Below are positions 12,201 through 26,800 of a stretch of DNA of 64,000 bases, one piece after another. How positions within the stretch are numbered: the stretch's first letter is position 1; every line of letters starts with the position of its first letter. Source of the DNA: Phoronis australis (taxonomy: Eukaryota; Animalia; Phoronida); contig NMRA01000013.1 of assembly GCA_002633005.1 (NCBI GenBank), forward strand, positions 261,498 through 325,497. The letters run 5' to 3'. The notes under the pieces are model-generated. The model saw nothing but the letters and a program-made list of their open reading frames with translations. It was not told the origin of the DNA and searched no databases. Both the position numbers and the translations under genes were made by a program.

Positions 12201-15200
12201 TCTGGCCGTTATATGTAGTTGAGGTTATTCAAATGAATGTCTGACATTGCAGCAAATCTGGTGGTTTCTGGGGTGAACCTGATCTTGCAGCCTGTCCTTC
12301 TAAAATAACGAAACTGGCTACTTCTTCAATCACCAGCTGTAAGTAATTAAAATGCTTGAACTTCGTTCAACATTGGATGAAGTCCCTTAAATCGTAAATA
12401 TTTGGTGTGAGCTAAATGTATTTAAAATATCCGTAGTGTCAACGTTTCATCTTGGAAGCTTATTTTTGTGATGTAGTGTAAAGTTACCTGCTCCAAGTTC
12501 TTGGTTTCGCTATTTGATTGACCATCAGAATCGAAGCCAATACTCACGGCTTGCTTTAGCAGCCACATGTTTTAGACGCGATCATATTCATTTTTTTCGA
12601 ACTTATCCGTTATGCGTACAGCACGATTTTTAAGAATTATGCATCTCCATATAAAGACAGGAAGTAACTCAGTCTAGTCAGACCCGTTAGTGCATACATG
12701 TAGATCAGTTTATACAGTTACATTAGTCACGATGACGGTAGTCATACATGAACAAAGACTGGGTGTAAATTACTAATTTTGTTTTACATGGTGTACATTA
12801 CCCAATCTACGTGACAGGTTACAATATAAGGATATTCATAGGTCACCTTTATTGAACTCTTGGGTTTTCAAGCGAAAGTCACTATCAAATCCCGTGGTAT
12901 TGCAGGTTAGCCTGGCTATCACTGGAGAACATTTTTTTTACTGAAAGTGTCACCATCCAGCAGGCTGCTAAACTGGCTAGACGTGAGGCAGTCCTTGGCA
13001 ACAAGTGGCTCTTTTGTTCTCGGACAGTCAAGCAGCCATTAAAACTCTACCCAAGCTCAAAGTCAGTCCCAGCTTTGTCAGGGCCTGTGTGGGTGAGCTT
13101 AATCACTTGGCAGTTGGAGGAACTGTTCACATCAATTGGGTCAAAGCACAGGGTGACATTTATGGTCATGAAGCTGCTGACTGCGCTTTGTTTTGTATCC
13201 AAACCCTCTATTCCAGTGTCCTATGGGTGCTACAGAGCAAATATGAAACAGTGGGTACTTAAAATGTTTCAGATGCACGGGGGAAGTGCCCACGTGCAGA
13301 AAAACAAAACAAATATTTCCAAGTTCTATTGAACGAGGGAGTTCTAAGAGGCGCTTGTGCTTAAGTAGGCTAGCTATTCAGCAGCTGATCCAAGTTAACA
13401 GCGGGCAGTGCAATCTGGCGCAGCATTGAAACGTCACTCACCACGTGACATGCTCATGCTGTCCCAAGAGCAACATGGCAGTTGAGACTCCTCAACATTT
13501 AATAGACATTTACGCTCCCCACCAAAGGCTTCTCAACCTACTATTTAACCAACAGGTGTCCTGCCTGGAGGAAATCGCTAGATCATTCAGGTTTAAGAGT
13601 CTTTTTAACTTCCTAAATGAAACAGGCAGATTGGAAGACTTTAAACACGAAGAACTCCATGCTTGGTGGTTCCTCATAAATCATTACCAGGTGATTGGTG
13701 TAATGGTCGCGGCCTTGCGGCTTAAGCACGCCTGATGCACTGCAAAAGGCACCAGGTCATCTGCCTACTTTTTATTGCATGTTAAAAGCATACCCAAACC
13801 CGGCCTGGATATTGATATTTTCTCTCAGTGGTATGAATTGTCCGTCCATGGATACACGTATTCCAAAAATCTGCCCCTTGGTCCCGAACTTGAAAAGTGA
13901 ACAGAATCAAATTCCCAACGTCATTTTTTTCAGCTAATGCAGATGCTGCCGCAAGCGAACTGGCTAACCTTACGCGGTACGCCGACTTAATTGACGCAGA
14001 CGATGTCACAAGTGTTGCGGACATGATGGAGCAGATACTGCCGTATTCTACTGAAAACAACTCAGAATACATTGTGGAAATTTTCAGCAATATGATGGAT
14101 ACAAATGACTCGGTACTAAGTGAGGCCAAGGGTTCTACCGAGAGGTGAGTTTTCTAATCACAGCGCTTCGAATAAACAGTCACCTTAATTCAGACCTTTA
14201 GTTAAAACTTACATGTACTTGTGTTTTCAGTCTATAAAATATGGAACACGTGCCAACTGAATTGCTGTCTTTATTCGCCGAAAATTGTCACGCCCTTCAC
14301 TAGCCTGTTAAAAATATCATACGACTGAGAATCTGTTTTTGTGGCTAACGCGTCTCCCTGTATACCCAATCTTAAGTTTTGCAAAAGTGTCACAATTTTT
14401 GTTTTAAGGTTGCTGCATCAAATCGAACAGTTTACCGCCGATGTCCAGTTTACGAAGAATCCGCTGGTCGTGCAGAAAGTCAATATGGCGGTTAAAATAG
14501 AAAAGGTGTCTGCTGCCAACTTCAGTGGAAGAACTTATCGACCATCGGTCAACAATGTAAGAACAGAGCTATCATTGATTTAAGGATTTTTATCGTCTAA
14601 TGTTATGCGATCCGTTACGTCATGACGACTTCCAGAAAACTTGAGGTCTTTTGCGTTTAAAGATCACTTAAAGCGAGATTTCTACAAATATAGAAGGGTA
14701 AAATTTGCCTGCTGTTATTTATAGTAATTGTTTTGATTTCTTAATAAGTTGACTGGTAAACCATTCAGATTGAATAGTAACGGTCGCACATTTTTGAGAT
14801 CTATGGACGACATCGAAGGGCATTGAACCTTTCATGTTATCAACGTCAGTGAATTTTTTTATTTGTAGTCTAATGCATTTTTACATAATCCATTGACAGA
14901 GATCATTGATGTGCGTCCGTAAAACGAAAAGAAACCTATTTTGAGCTAATGTGTTGTTGTTGGATATGTATTTTCAGTCAATCGTCTTGCCACGTTCTTT
15001 GTTTGAAAAAGTAAACGGCTCACACGTCAAAAGAATTCAGTTCGTGAATCAAGCTAAGGACAGCTTGTTTAAGGTACATTTATTATACGAAACTGTGACA
15101 CCCTGGTTGAAAAACATATTTGTCAAATGAAAATTACTTTAATATAATTGACAATCACATTCATGTACACCTGTACTCCTTGTCAATTCCACAAGAGAAT

Positions 15201-18200
15201 GAAAAATTGCTTTCACATTGAGTTAAAAAAAAATTGCAGGCGGTCTGATACACGTTGTACCAGGCGAGTAGCACCCGCTGCCTCCTTTCGCGTTGAGTGA
15301 GGAAGAGAATGATTTATAACGTACACTGTATACCCGCTCCGTAGCTTTTAGGACGAAAATGATGAAATGTACTTTTTAGCTGGATGAGAATTTCCTGTCA
15401 TTTTCTTTGTATTGTGGGAAAAGTTTTCAATTTGTCTCTTTTTCATAATTTTAAGGCATTTATAGAATTACTATTGACTTGACACTCCATTTTTCATTCA
15501 AGAATTGTCTTTTCTACTGATTGAGACAACAAAAGTTCCGTTCCGTGGAAGTCGTTGACGGAGGGTTTTATTTCAATTTTAGGCTGTCTGGAACCGCACG
15601 ACCGCTCAGGCTAACGACAGTGTTAACAGTTTAGTGCTCTCTGCCAGTGTTGGAAGATTGTCTTTACAGAACCTGACGGAAAACGTGTCCATCACATTCG
15701 AGCATTATGAAAAAAATGTAAGTTTTCATTAAAAACGGAAAACCATAAAACATATTGTGACTGTTCTTTTATCGTTGATTCAACTTGATGCAGCATGTTG
15801 TGTTCATATATTATACTGAGTTGTACCTGGGACATCTCCAAGAGCGTTAAGCGATTTTGGTGACACTGACATCGTTTTCATGGTCACAACGAGAAAATCA
15901 AATTTCCACTTGGGAAAGTGTTAGTGGTATGATATCTCAAGAAGGGAGCTTTAGATTACGTTTTAGTATCCAGACGTATGCGGTCATGGCCAGCCACCAA
16001 TCAATTTTGGTGACCATTATCTCGTTTTCAAGATCATCGCCGGAAGTGTTGATTGTATGTAATTGTGCACAGTAAGAAAGTGGAATTTATACTTTGAATT
16101 TTGGGGAATATTGAATATTTTCAGATATGTTGGAAATAAATTGGTGGCCTTGAATGCGTACTTTCCAAGGCGGATGGAGATAACTTGGTCACCCTGTGAC
16201 AAATTATTGTCTTTGTTAATTTTTCAAACTACTCTTTTGTCTTTTGTATTCCTTCCAGGCATCGAAACTACGCTGTGTGTTTTGGGATATCTCCAAGGCG
16301 CAATGGTCGACCGATGGGTGCTCAGTTAGAGAGACCATTGGCCAATCGACAACGTGTGAATGTAATCATCTGACTAATTTTGCATTACTGATTGTAAGTC
16401 ACGCAATCTGTATGTAAACATTATCATGTAAAAGACTGTCATTGACTCTTTTGCTTAAACTGTAAAGCGTTTGTGGAGGAAATGGGTTTTAGTGGACGTA
16501 CAAAGTTGCGTAAAGCCCATTGAAAACCCTACCTATGAACAGTTGTCTACAGCATAACTCTATGCTGAAGTATACATATTCTAGGAAAATATCCTATAAT
16601 AGGTAAACGTTACAAAAACATAAGAAGTTTAGATTCAAGTATTGTGCTATGTATTATATAAGTAAATCTCAAGGGATACACCGTTCACAAATGGTCGAGT
16701 GTCCATTGCAGTAATACATGTTCAAGCTGCATGCATCCACTTCCTGTAAAATGCTTCATGCTTGGTCCTGCATTTTGTGTTTTGTTACAGGATATCTATG
16801 GAGACCTTACAGGCATTGATGAGGGAAACAAAAGGGTGCTGTCAATCGTCTCCTATATTGGTTGTGGCATATCCTGCTTTGGTCTTGTCTTGACTGTCAT
16901 TACGTATTTAATGTTCAGGTAATTTTTTGCTTATTACATGTTCACTACATTTAAATTGACGAGATGCTCAAAGGTGCACAGGTAACCAATGGCCATTGAG
17001 CACATAGTCTTTAAGTGTCGGTGTTTTCTATGAATTCTGTTTATTTATTGGCAACTTGTTTACCCCGAATGACCTATACAATGTGACGATTTGTGTGTTA
17101 TTTCGATTTTCTTTTGTTGGTTGTGATTACATATGTGAAGCTCTGGTTCGTTAAACACTTCCATTTTTATGTGTTTTGGGTCCCCTGAATTGAGAACGCC
17201 GACTAAGTTTAAAAGGACTTTTATATTTTGATATTGGTGAATCACTATACAGTGTACATCCTATCAGCAGAGAACGGCATAGTGATTTCTTCTGAAATGT
17301 CATGGTAAAATTCAATTCTTTTTGGATGTGTCTGTTTTTGTCTTGTTAGTTTTGGTTTCATGTAAATGTAGAATATGAAAAGTTCATTCACAAGATGATT
17401 ACACCACCTATTTATCAATTTAGAAAACTGAGGAAAGACAATCCGTCCAAAATTCTGATCAATCTCTGCTTTGCTTTGCTGGGAGTCAACATTATCTTCA
17501 TCACCAGTACAATTGATACCAGTAATGTGATTGGCTGCAAGGTAAGTCTCATCAAAAGCTATGTCTTTGTAGAACATTCTTTCCAGTTTACTGCACATTA
17601 GGCCGTATCTCACAAGAACTTTCTCAAAATGTCCCGAACCGTCCTAAAATCCTGATGAATCAAGCTGGTTACGCCCTCAAACATGAAACGTTTGGCAAAA
17701 ACGTGCTCTACATTGTACTCCACTCCGTTCGTGGAGTTTTGAATAGATTGTGACAACTGTTTCCAATGTATTGTCTCTTTCACACCCATTTTTTTCCAGT
17801 TGAATCAAATTTCTTGAAAACAATGTGAAAACTAGAGCAGGGCCCTGAACAGCTGTCTGTCACAATAGTGATCAAAGACATAATGATAAATCTTGCTGCC
17901 TCATCTACTGCACACCACAAAATTAGAGCCACTGGGTCCCTCTAGTCCTGCGTACAAGTCAATGCTAAAATTGTTCAAGTGTGCATTAAGATCAGATGGA
18001 TTTTGTAGATGTCGCCCAAATCACCTTAAATATTTTCTCCAAGAGAGGCTCATATTTTTATATTTCAGTAGACTGTTCAAGCCGTGATAACTACAGAAAT
18101 TTGTTATTTTGAACCTGTTTCATAGCTTATTATTATAAAAATTTGTCATCAATGACAGTCTTAGAATTAACAGTCTGTGCAGAAGTTTTTCCTTCAGACG

Positions 18201-21200
18201 GTTTAATTATAACCGTCTTATTAGAAAGCTATAAACCATTTACGCTAATTGCTGCATGGGCAACTTCTGAGTCGACTCGTGACGCCACCTGGCGATAGTG
18301 TATCCCGAAAGGTAAATTGAGGGCCTGAAAGGGTGGCTAGGAGCGTCGTTCGGTCCAGTTCCCAATTTCCTATGTATTTGTTTTGTATTATGATTATATA
18401 TCGTTTTTTTTGCAAAGTTACAGGTCGATGTGTTATTTACAGGTATCGACTGTTGGTGTGATTAATTAATAAGGAAGTTCCTAACGTTTTGTTTAATTTG
18501 AAGACTGAATACAAGATTGAAACGTTACGGTATTGCTTTTACCTTCGTGTGCCGGTGCATCGTTTATTCATTGACGTTTGTGGAATTTAAATGAATGAAA
18601 CAAGTCTGGATGAAATCTGGATTTGATGAAGCATAAATATGCTCTTTTTCGTATATGTACGGTTAAATTGAAATATTCCTATTACTTTACGTTGGTTCTT
18701 ACTGCAATTCGACCTCAATGTAGGCCTAATATCGCTGTCGCCGGTCACGATATACGGCAATTAATTTCCATTACGTTGCGTTTTTGCATATTTGTCAAGG
18801 CACTTTTGAGCTTCATGAAATTGTTTTCTTGTTTCTGTTATGTGATGAGGTGATAAATGTGACAACGCACATGTTTAAATACGTGTGAAAACATTAGGGT
18901 ATTCATTTCTGTATGGTATTACGCAGTTCACAAATTTTAGCCAGTTTTGCCACAGTAACACAATTGCGTTGTGACAGTTGCAGTTCACAGTCCACGTGCA
19001 TGTACAGTGCACGTGCGTCCCCCGGGCGTGGTAAGAGTATTGGATCTCATACCGGTGTTAATCTGTTGAAAACTAAGAGAAAAATAATGATTTTTCGCAC
19101 CGGGTTTTCCTTTTTAGCGATATATACGATATGTTTAGTTAATCGAGAGGAAATCCGCTATTTTGTTGATGAATTTGGGATACGCATCCGTTTATGCAGT
19201 TGGCACCATAACCCCAAAAAGTTGATACTTATTATACTTCACTGAGTTGTGTCTTTTTGAAGCGAATCTGACGTAGATCAGTTTCAGTGTTATTGTTTGT
19301 AAACATAAAAGAATCATGATTTTTTTATTCTGCTGCTGTGAACTTAAAAACAGTGTTCATATTCATCTGCTCATACCTAATGGAACGCAGGCAAGAACAG
19401 CATGTTGTATTTCTGTAGTACTCACATTAATTTGATAAGACTACGATAAGAAGACGTCGTTGAAGAATAATGAAGATCCTAATTAAATACCTCTTTACAC
19501 AAGGTTATAATAAATTAGACGAAAAATGTAAATTTCATAGCAAATATGTGACAAAGTGGCGATTGGAACGACCCACGTTACTAGCGATCATACACTGCAG
19601 CTGAGAAATAAATGCGCAAGTTCCATTCAAACTGGCGTCTCCGACAATACGCTGTTTTAACACAATTAACAAACTAAAATACATTAGTTAGGGGCGTTTC
19701 CATGATTTTAATCATGGAAACGTACCTAGCAAACATAGTTTGCATATATTTTGTAAATGTCTTTGACCTGTGAACAGGTGTTTAAAACACCTGTTCACAG
19801 GTCGCGTGGTTAACGCTCTCACAAGACAATTCTATGCGTATTGAAAAACGTTTAGGAGAGGTTCATTATACGGACTTAATTGTTGTCAAATGTGTTTTAA
19901 AGTTGTTGCTATAAGTTTGTGTTTAATTTGTACCAGCCCGTGTCAGCTTGTAACACACGACCACATATATTCCATTGAACATTGCCAACGTTCAGTGTGT
20001 GTCAATGTTGCTGTGACAGATAGATTTCGTGCAATTGTTACCGCCGGTGCTGCCAGCGATTCCTTGGTGTCCTGAATTATAAATTGTGAATGAGATTATA
20101 TTTAGCTATGTATCTATGTCTTTTGTTGTGCCTTGTGTATTGAGTATTTGTCTTAGTTTTAAGATTGTGTTCTGTACCCTTATGAGTCCCACTGGGTCAC
20201 ACTGCTAAACCCTTGAGTCTGGTTTCTAGCTCCTCAGCTCGGTTATAACTATATATTAATAAAGCACAAAAATAGTTCCAGGTGATCAGCGCAATGGGCC
20301 CACATGCGCGGCCTGCGCACGTCTGGGACAACGTGTAACCAGACCGCCTGCAGTTATTTTTTATGAGTCATAAGGGCCTTTCTTACTAACGTCGACACGT
20401 CGATGGTTTGGGGAGTTGCGGACAGTATGAAAGCTTAACCCCAGTCCTGGATTGCAGTTAACAGGTGGATTAACAGCGCAGCGTCGACGCTGCGGTGTAG
20501 TGAGAACGGTTAACTTCGGTCCAATCGAAGTTATCGCCAGGTGCCATTGTTATCGGCAACAATAACAAGGTTGTGCCGTCACTATAAGCTGCTTATATTT
20601 TGCTCTAATAATAACCAATCGATTTAAAAATGAAAGCGCTCCGAGGAGAGAAACTTGGCGAAATTAACCAAAAAAACCACGTTAGAGATGACGAGAAAAG
20701 ACGACGACAGAGATGATGACGAAGATGACAGCTATGACGACGATGGTGGCGATGATGGACAATGCAAGTTATGATATCATTCATATGACGAACGTAGAGG
20801 TCAAAAATCACTAAGAAATAGGCTACGATCTTAAGCGACACTTGGCGAAATTAAATGAAGAAAAGACGACGTCGAAGATGATGACGAAGATGACGAATAT
20901 GATGATGGTGGTGGCGAACAACATCATAACATTCATACGACGAACTTAGATGTCATAAATTAATGAGAAATAGGCTACAGTCTAGTTCAATAGAAGCTAA
21001 ACCAACATCAGTGCATTTAAAAATAAGTTTAATGTCAATTAGTACATGTAAATGTTCCCAAATTGTCACGTTGAAAAAAATCTTAGTGTGTAGCGCTACC
21101 TTGCGATAACTTCGATGACGACAGCGTCACCTACCGTCTACTTCGATGTTCATTAACTACCGAAGCCAGTATGAACGGTACTGCGCTATTTACGTCGACG

Positions 21201-23832
21201 CTTCGCTCAAACCGGAATTCAGTCAATATGAAAGGGCCTATAGACGACCATGGTATTCACGACCGTGCTCGTTCCCCTTGTTTTTCAAGGCAACCGACCG
21301 CACATTTTGTAATCATTGAACTCAGCACTAATTCGGTCAAGCCGAAACTTCAAACTGGAAAAGTGAAGTTAGTTTGGATGAATCTAGATTTCGTCACATC
21401 GTCCTCGTGTGACGGAGTGGCGAGGCAAATGTCAACAAACGCGATTACACCACGACTTTCTGATGCGGACGCCACTGCGCATGCTCGAATTAAGTGACGA
21501 GCAGCGTCCTGTGTTACGCCAGAATAGCGTTGATTGGGCTGGTTACAATAGTGCACTGCATAATGCTTTCCAATCGACTTCAGCAGGCGCTCGTACAATA
21601 TGGTGTACTAAGTTAAGAAGATTAACGTTTTCTCACAGCATCTAAAATACCTGTCAGTTTTGCGATCTTCAACGTATGCCTTCAAGCAGGCGATTTGAAT
21701 TGAAGAATATGGCTTTGTGTACAGCTCGCCTCACCACTGAGTAGACTATACATTTTATCAATTCTTCGTTCGCCCTGTCACTTCATCGTAATTCATTTCA
21801 AAGACGAAAACGATGTCGCTTAGTATTCCCAAAATCAACCGCTGCCACTTCATCATATTTTGTACAATGCGTCAATGAAAGACTGCGTTGGACCTGCCGT
21901 TGACTATGCCTCTTGCTGAACCAACCACTGAACTCCATTCGGGCCTGATTTTGTCATACCTGCATAAAACTAAGAGCATTCACGTGCTGTGTTAAAAAAG
22001 ACACACACAAAAATCCTGCTACGCATTTGAACCAAACATAGACAGGCGCTACATGGGGCTTCAAAGATCTTTATATTATTTATAATGTACGTTAGTTCCG
22101 TTAATAACATTCTTGATCGAGTTTACAAAACCATTTTGCAGCTGAGCATTAAAACATTAAAGCAGACATCAGGTGAACATGCATGTTCATTTCCGGGTTT
22201 TATAACTCTGGCGATACAAAGATTGACATGTTATTGGGAGATCTTCACGAGTTCAAGCAGTAGCAGATCGCTCTATAGCTACGCATACGAATGCAATGGA
22301 CATTTTCACGAAAGACGTCGCTCTAGTCGGTTAGCGACTGGTCGCGCAGTGATGGCTTACGTAGTAAATGATGCAATGGAGTGAAATGCTTGATACAACT
22401 GTTGACGCGCTCAGTCGATCAATGTTTTACTTTCATCCGTTTCCAAAACAGTTTCGAGAATAATTGTGTTTTGAACTACCACCATCCCGCTTGTTTAACC
22501 AACCTGTTATTTACCCTATAGATATGTTGCCGTTTTTCCCTGATAGCTCAAACATTTCATGCATTTATTGATAGACGATTGCTTTTTCAGATATCAGCGG
22601 CACTCCTTCACTACTTCCTCTTGGCAAGTTTCACGTGGATGGCCATCGAAGCATTTTACATGTATCTCGCTTTGGTTTTGGTGTTTCAAACTTATTACTC
22701 GCGGCTAATGCTCAAGCTTTGTCTATTTGGATGGGGTAAGTTGATTTGCCAACACCGCTACCCATGATACCGGTACTGGTAGGTCTAAGCCATTTGCCCT
22801 GTTGATGAGACGGATCTCTGAATTCAAGGAGAAACACATGCTGTGCACTGCAAATTTATTTAAAAGGTTTACCGCGTAATTTTAGGAATAGTCACGCCAT
22901 ATTATAATGAACTATCCCGCCAGACAGCGATGAGTGGTGGACAGGCATTTAGCGCCACCTACAGATCCCATGTAATGTGCACAGAAGGTTTCAACCGATT
23001 GGTACAAGCACCGTTTTAACCACCTTTTCTAATATTGCCATGCCGGCAAATTTCACTGCTGTGTGAATGTACTAATACCTTACGAAAAAAGGCAAACCTT
23101 TTGAAGTATTAATGGATTTACAACGACATCATGTTTGGTAGGCTACATTCCATACTGCAAAGTGGCTACTGCAGAGAAAGCGGGAGAATTTCGATCCCAG
23201 CCGGTGTCAAAAATTAGTCATCATGTTACCTGCAGTGTATGTCACGTAAACAAAAGACATTAGAATAAATATTTATGATTGTCATATGTCTAAAGAAAAT
23301 AGACTCTCGAAAATATCAATTTTCATAACAAAGTCAATGTTGAAAGCATGTTGCACAATTGTCACGGTCAACATTCGGACAACTGGGATGGATACGGGGA
23401 CCTCAAGATAAAAAGCAGGACATCTGGGTCTATGCCAAAACTCAAGGGTAAAACGTTTGCCGCTTCACACGAAAACGTCCTGACAACCTTTTTATAGAAA
23501 GGAAGACGTTATCCCCAAAAGTGCCCGACGGCACGGTTTTTTTAGTCGAATGTGTGACAGAGCTCCGTCATCGGGACAACTGGCAAGTACACTGCACGGT
23601 GTCAGCAACACAAAGTATTGGAGTGAATTTTTTTAGAAGGTGAAATTGTCATTTTTAAAATTTTGTTCCACGGGAATATGTAAATAATAATGCTCAGTAA
23701 TCGAATTAACAAAGACAAACATCTGGGAAACAGGTACACATTGCACGTGTGAATTATTATACAAAGAATTGAAAAAACAATAATACACACGCACACACCA
23801 CACATACACACACACGCACGCACGCACGCACG

Positions 23833-23864
<32 letters not shown>

Positions 23865-26800
23865 ACAAAGCACATACACACAAAAACGCTATGCTACAAA
23901 ATTTTGAGTAGATTTTTCGGAAGTTACATTAACACACCTGTTTAGTTAGTGGGGAAGAACACTTGGTCAAGATGATTACATTACGTCATTTACATGATAC
24001 CAAGTGGCGTTTTTATTGGTTGAAAATTTGACGTAACTCAAAGAAGCAGTCTATAAACCTTTAGCTGTGCTCATTTATGCGCGCACCCAGCCTTCAATAT
24101 GGGGGGCGCGAATTCTTGACGTTGTGGACCTTTTGCTACAAACAAAAAACAAAAAACGGGAGCACCACTGTGAAGTGCGCGTTTGCGCTTACTTAGTGGA
24201 CTTTTGTCCCATTTTCTCGGACTTTTTGTTTCTCAGGGGCGGACCTTTTTGCCCCCTTCGCCAAATGGCGGGGCTCGTTCGAGTCCCCCGAGCCCCCCCT
24301 TGGGTGCGCGCATGCATTTCATCATCAATACATGTAGGTGTGGTTTTATTTCATTAGTCTAATTTGACTTTCTTTCCATTTAGGTATACCTTTGTTGGCC
24401 GTAATAATCACAGTGTCCATTAACGTAGACAACTACGGTTCATATAGCAACGATCCCGGAAGTAATCATGATCTGTAAGTCTACTATATAGAGATTATTA
24501 CGTAACTTGGTGACAGTAGGCGGTCTGCCTTTCAAAGGGTTATCTCCAATTCAATACTTTCAGCACACTGTTTTTCAGTTACAGCGAATTGGACGCAGAG
24601 CATTGTAAACCAATAATCATGATATAGTGACAGTGTAAGTTCGCGAGCGGGGTTGAGATCCGTGGAAGGAAGCTGCTTGTAATACAGATCTTGCGTTTTC
24701 GCGAGATTCTCGCGTATACGTAGATGGAATATTTGAAGTCGTTATTGTGATAGCATTTATGGAAACCACGGAAGTCGATCAATCGATACATAATTTATGC
24801 CAAAAGCGGCCAGTATTTACATTTCATACCTTGTCAAAGAAAACTTCGTTAGTCACCGAATCTGGTTTCTTAAGAACGCTATATTTTAATACTACATACT
24901 AGCTACAACCTTGTGAAGTGATTTTAGAGTGAGTTTCTAGAAAAGTTTTGTTTTATGATTTGTGCGTAACTACAAAGTGATTACGTCAGATCAAGTGCTC
25001 TCCTTGGAAGTAGTGACAATACAGAGGCCAACAGTTCGGATACATCAACAGTAACCCTTGACCTACTTCTATCAAGTTTAATACCGGTACTGACAACCTT
25101 ATCGCCAAAACTTTTCATGCTATTGTTTGTGATTTTTTCCAGGTGTTGGTTGAAAGACTTGGCATTTTACGGCGCCTTCCTCGCCCCAGTCGGCTTCATA
25201 CTAATAATTAATTTCATCGCATTCGGCTTGGTCATACGACAATTAATGAAGTTGTCGAATGGGCGTGCACCTGGCCAGGCCGATCCTGGAGTCGCTGCCA
25301 GGCTAAGAGGCGCAATAAGTGTCATGGTGTTACTTGGTTAGTTGAAACATTCAATGCTTATTTAGTCAATTCTGTAGTGTAAATTGTATTGCGTTGAACA
25401 CTGTTCTGTAAACAATTTCAATTTTGGTAGCGAATGGAAAAGACTACTAGACGCGTTGAACCCTCACTTGACAAAATTTGAAGTATTCCTCTCGTTTCAG
25501 GCTTAACTTGGGTGTTTGCGCTTTTCGCCGTCGGTGACGCCGCTGTCGTTTTCAGCTACCTGTTTGCCATTTTCAATTCTCTCCAGGGATTCGCCTTGTT
25601 CGTCTTTTACTGTCTATTTAAAACTGACGTACAACACACGTGGATGAGGGCTTGCCCTTGCTGCCCGGACCCTGCATTAAGTCGATCCTCAAGTAAAGGT
25701 GAGTTGACGGGTTATTTGGTAATAGTCTCTCGGCTACGCAAATATTTCGCTTTTGGATCCATTACTGGTGTCTTCTCTAATGAACACATTAGGCGGCCGT
25801 CCTCAGCAATCATTTTCACATTAAGAAATGGTATACTTATTAAAGAAAAAATCATGTATCGCGCCTGTCAGTTACATGTGCACAAACGTAACATGTATAT
25901 GCATAAGAAACCTCGACTTCTGTTTGCAGAAATGTTTAGGTATCAGTAGCTGTACAGTATCTGACATGAGTGATTGTTTGGTATAACATAATAATGTTCT
26001 CAGCGACGTGAATTAGTGAAGTCTGTAAACGTTAAATAGGTGAAGCAGGTAATAAACACAGACTTGTGTACTTGTAGCGAAAGCGTCATAGATAATAGAT
26101 ATGTCTGAAACCAATACATGAGCACGTTAAAACCCCATCATCATTCCAGACAAGAAATGATGTCGTGGTGAAGTAATATACTGTCGTTTATTTAAAGAGA
26201 AACATATTTTATTCGCATGTAATGTAGATTTTGGTTGGTTTTAATGCTGCCAGAGCCGGGTGACCAAACCAGTGCAGGTAATTTCATTGGTTGTTTTTGT
26301 CAGGTGATTTAGCATGGGAGAAGTGATTGGTTATTGGCAGTCTCTTGCTTAGTTTGCAAATGGGGCATGCATTAATTGGTAAATGAAAACCAAAAAACGT
26401 CTTTCCGGACATTACATTGTTTAAAGAGGCCTGGAACGCAACAAACAAACTAAATTGCAACTATATCGAAAGTGGTTCTCTGCCACTGAAACAATTCACC
26501 CTGCTCACCAGGTATTTTTGGGGTTTCTTCGTAAACACTTTTAATTTCTGTTGATATGAAAGCATCTTTCTTTTAGTTTCAAATTTCAAAAAACGATCCG
26601 CCACTTCCTCGATTTTTCTCCCACAAGCCAGGCAAAGCACGTCTCCTTATTTTGGTATGTCAAGACATAGACATAGCTCGTTCCCCTAAAAAGGAAAATG
26701 TGACCTTTGACCGCAAGCGACTTCAAGCAAGTGGCTGTGAGCGCATGCGCGCATTTATCATAAGTGGGAGAGTGGTAACCATAGAGTTTTTCCTTCGTGC

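Noticed and set aside
23602-23883. Cys/Val-rich minus-strand ORFs
   Set aside because: Translation of the CA/CGCA microsatellite.
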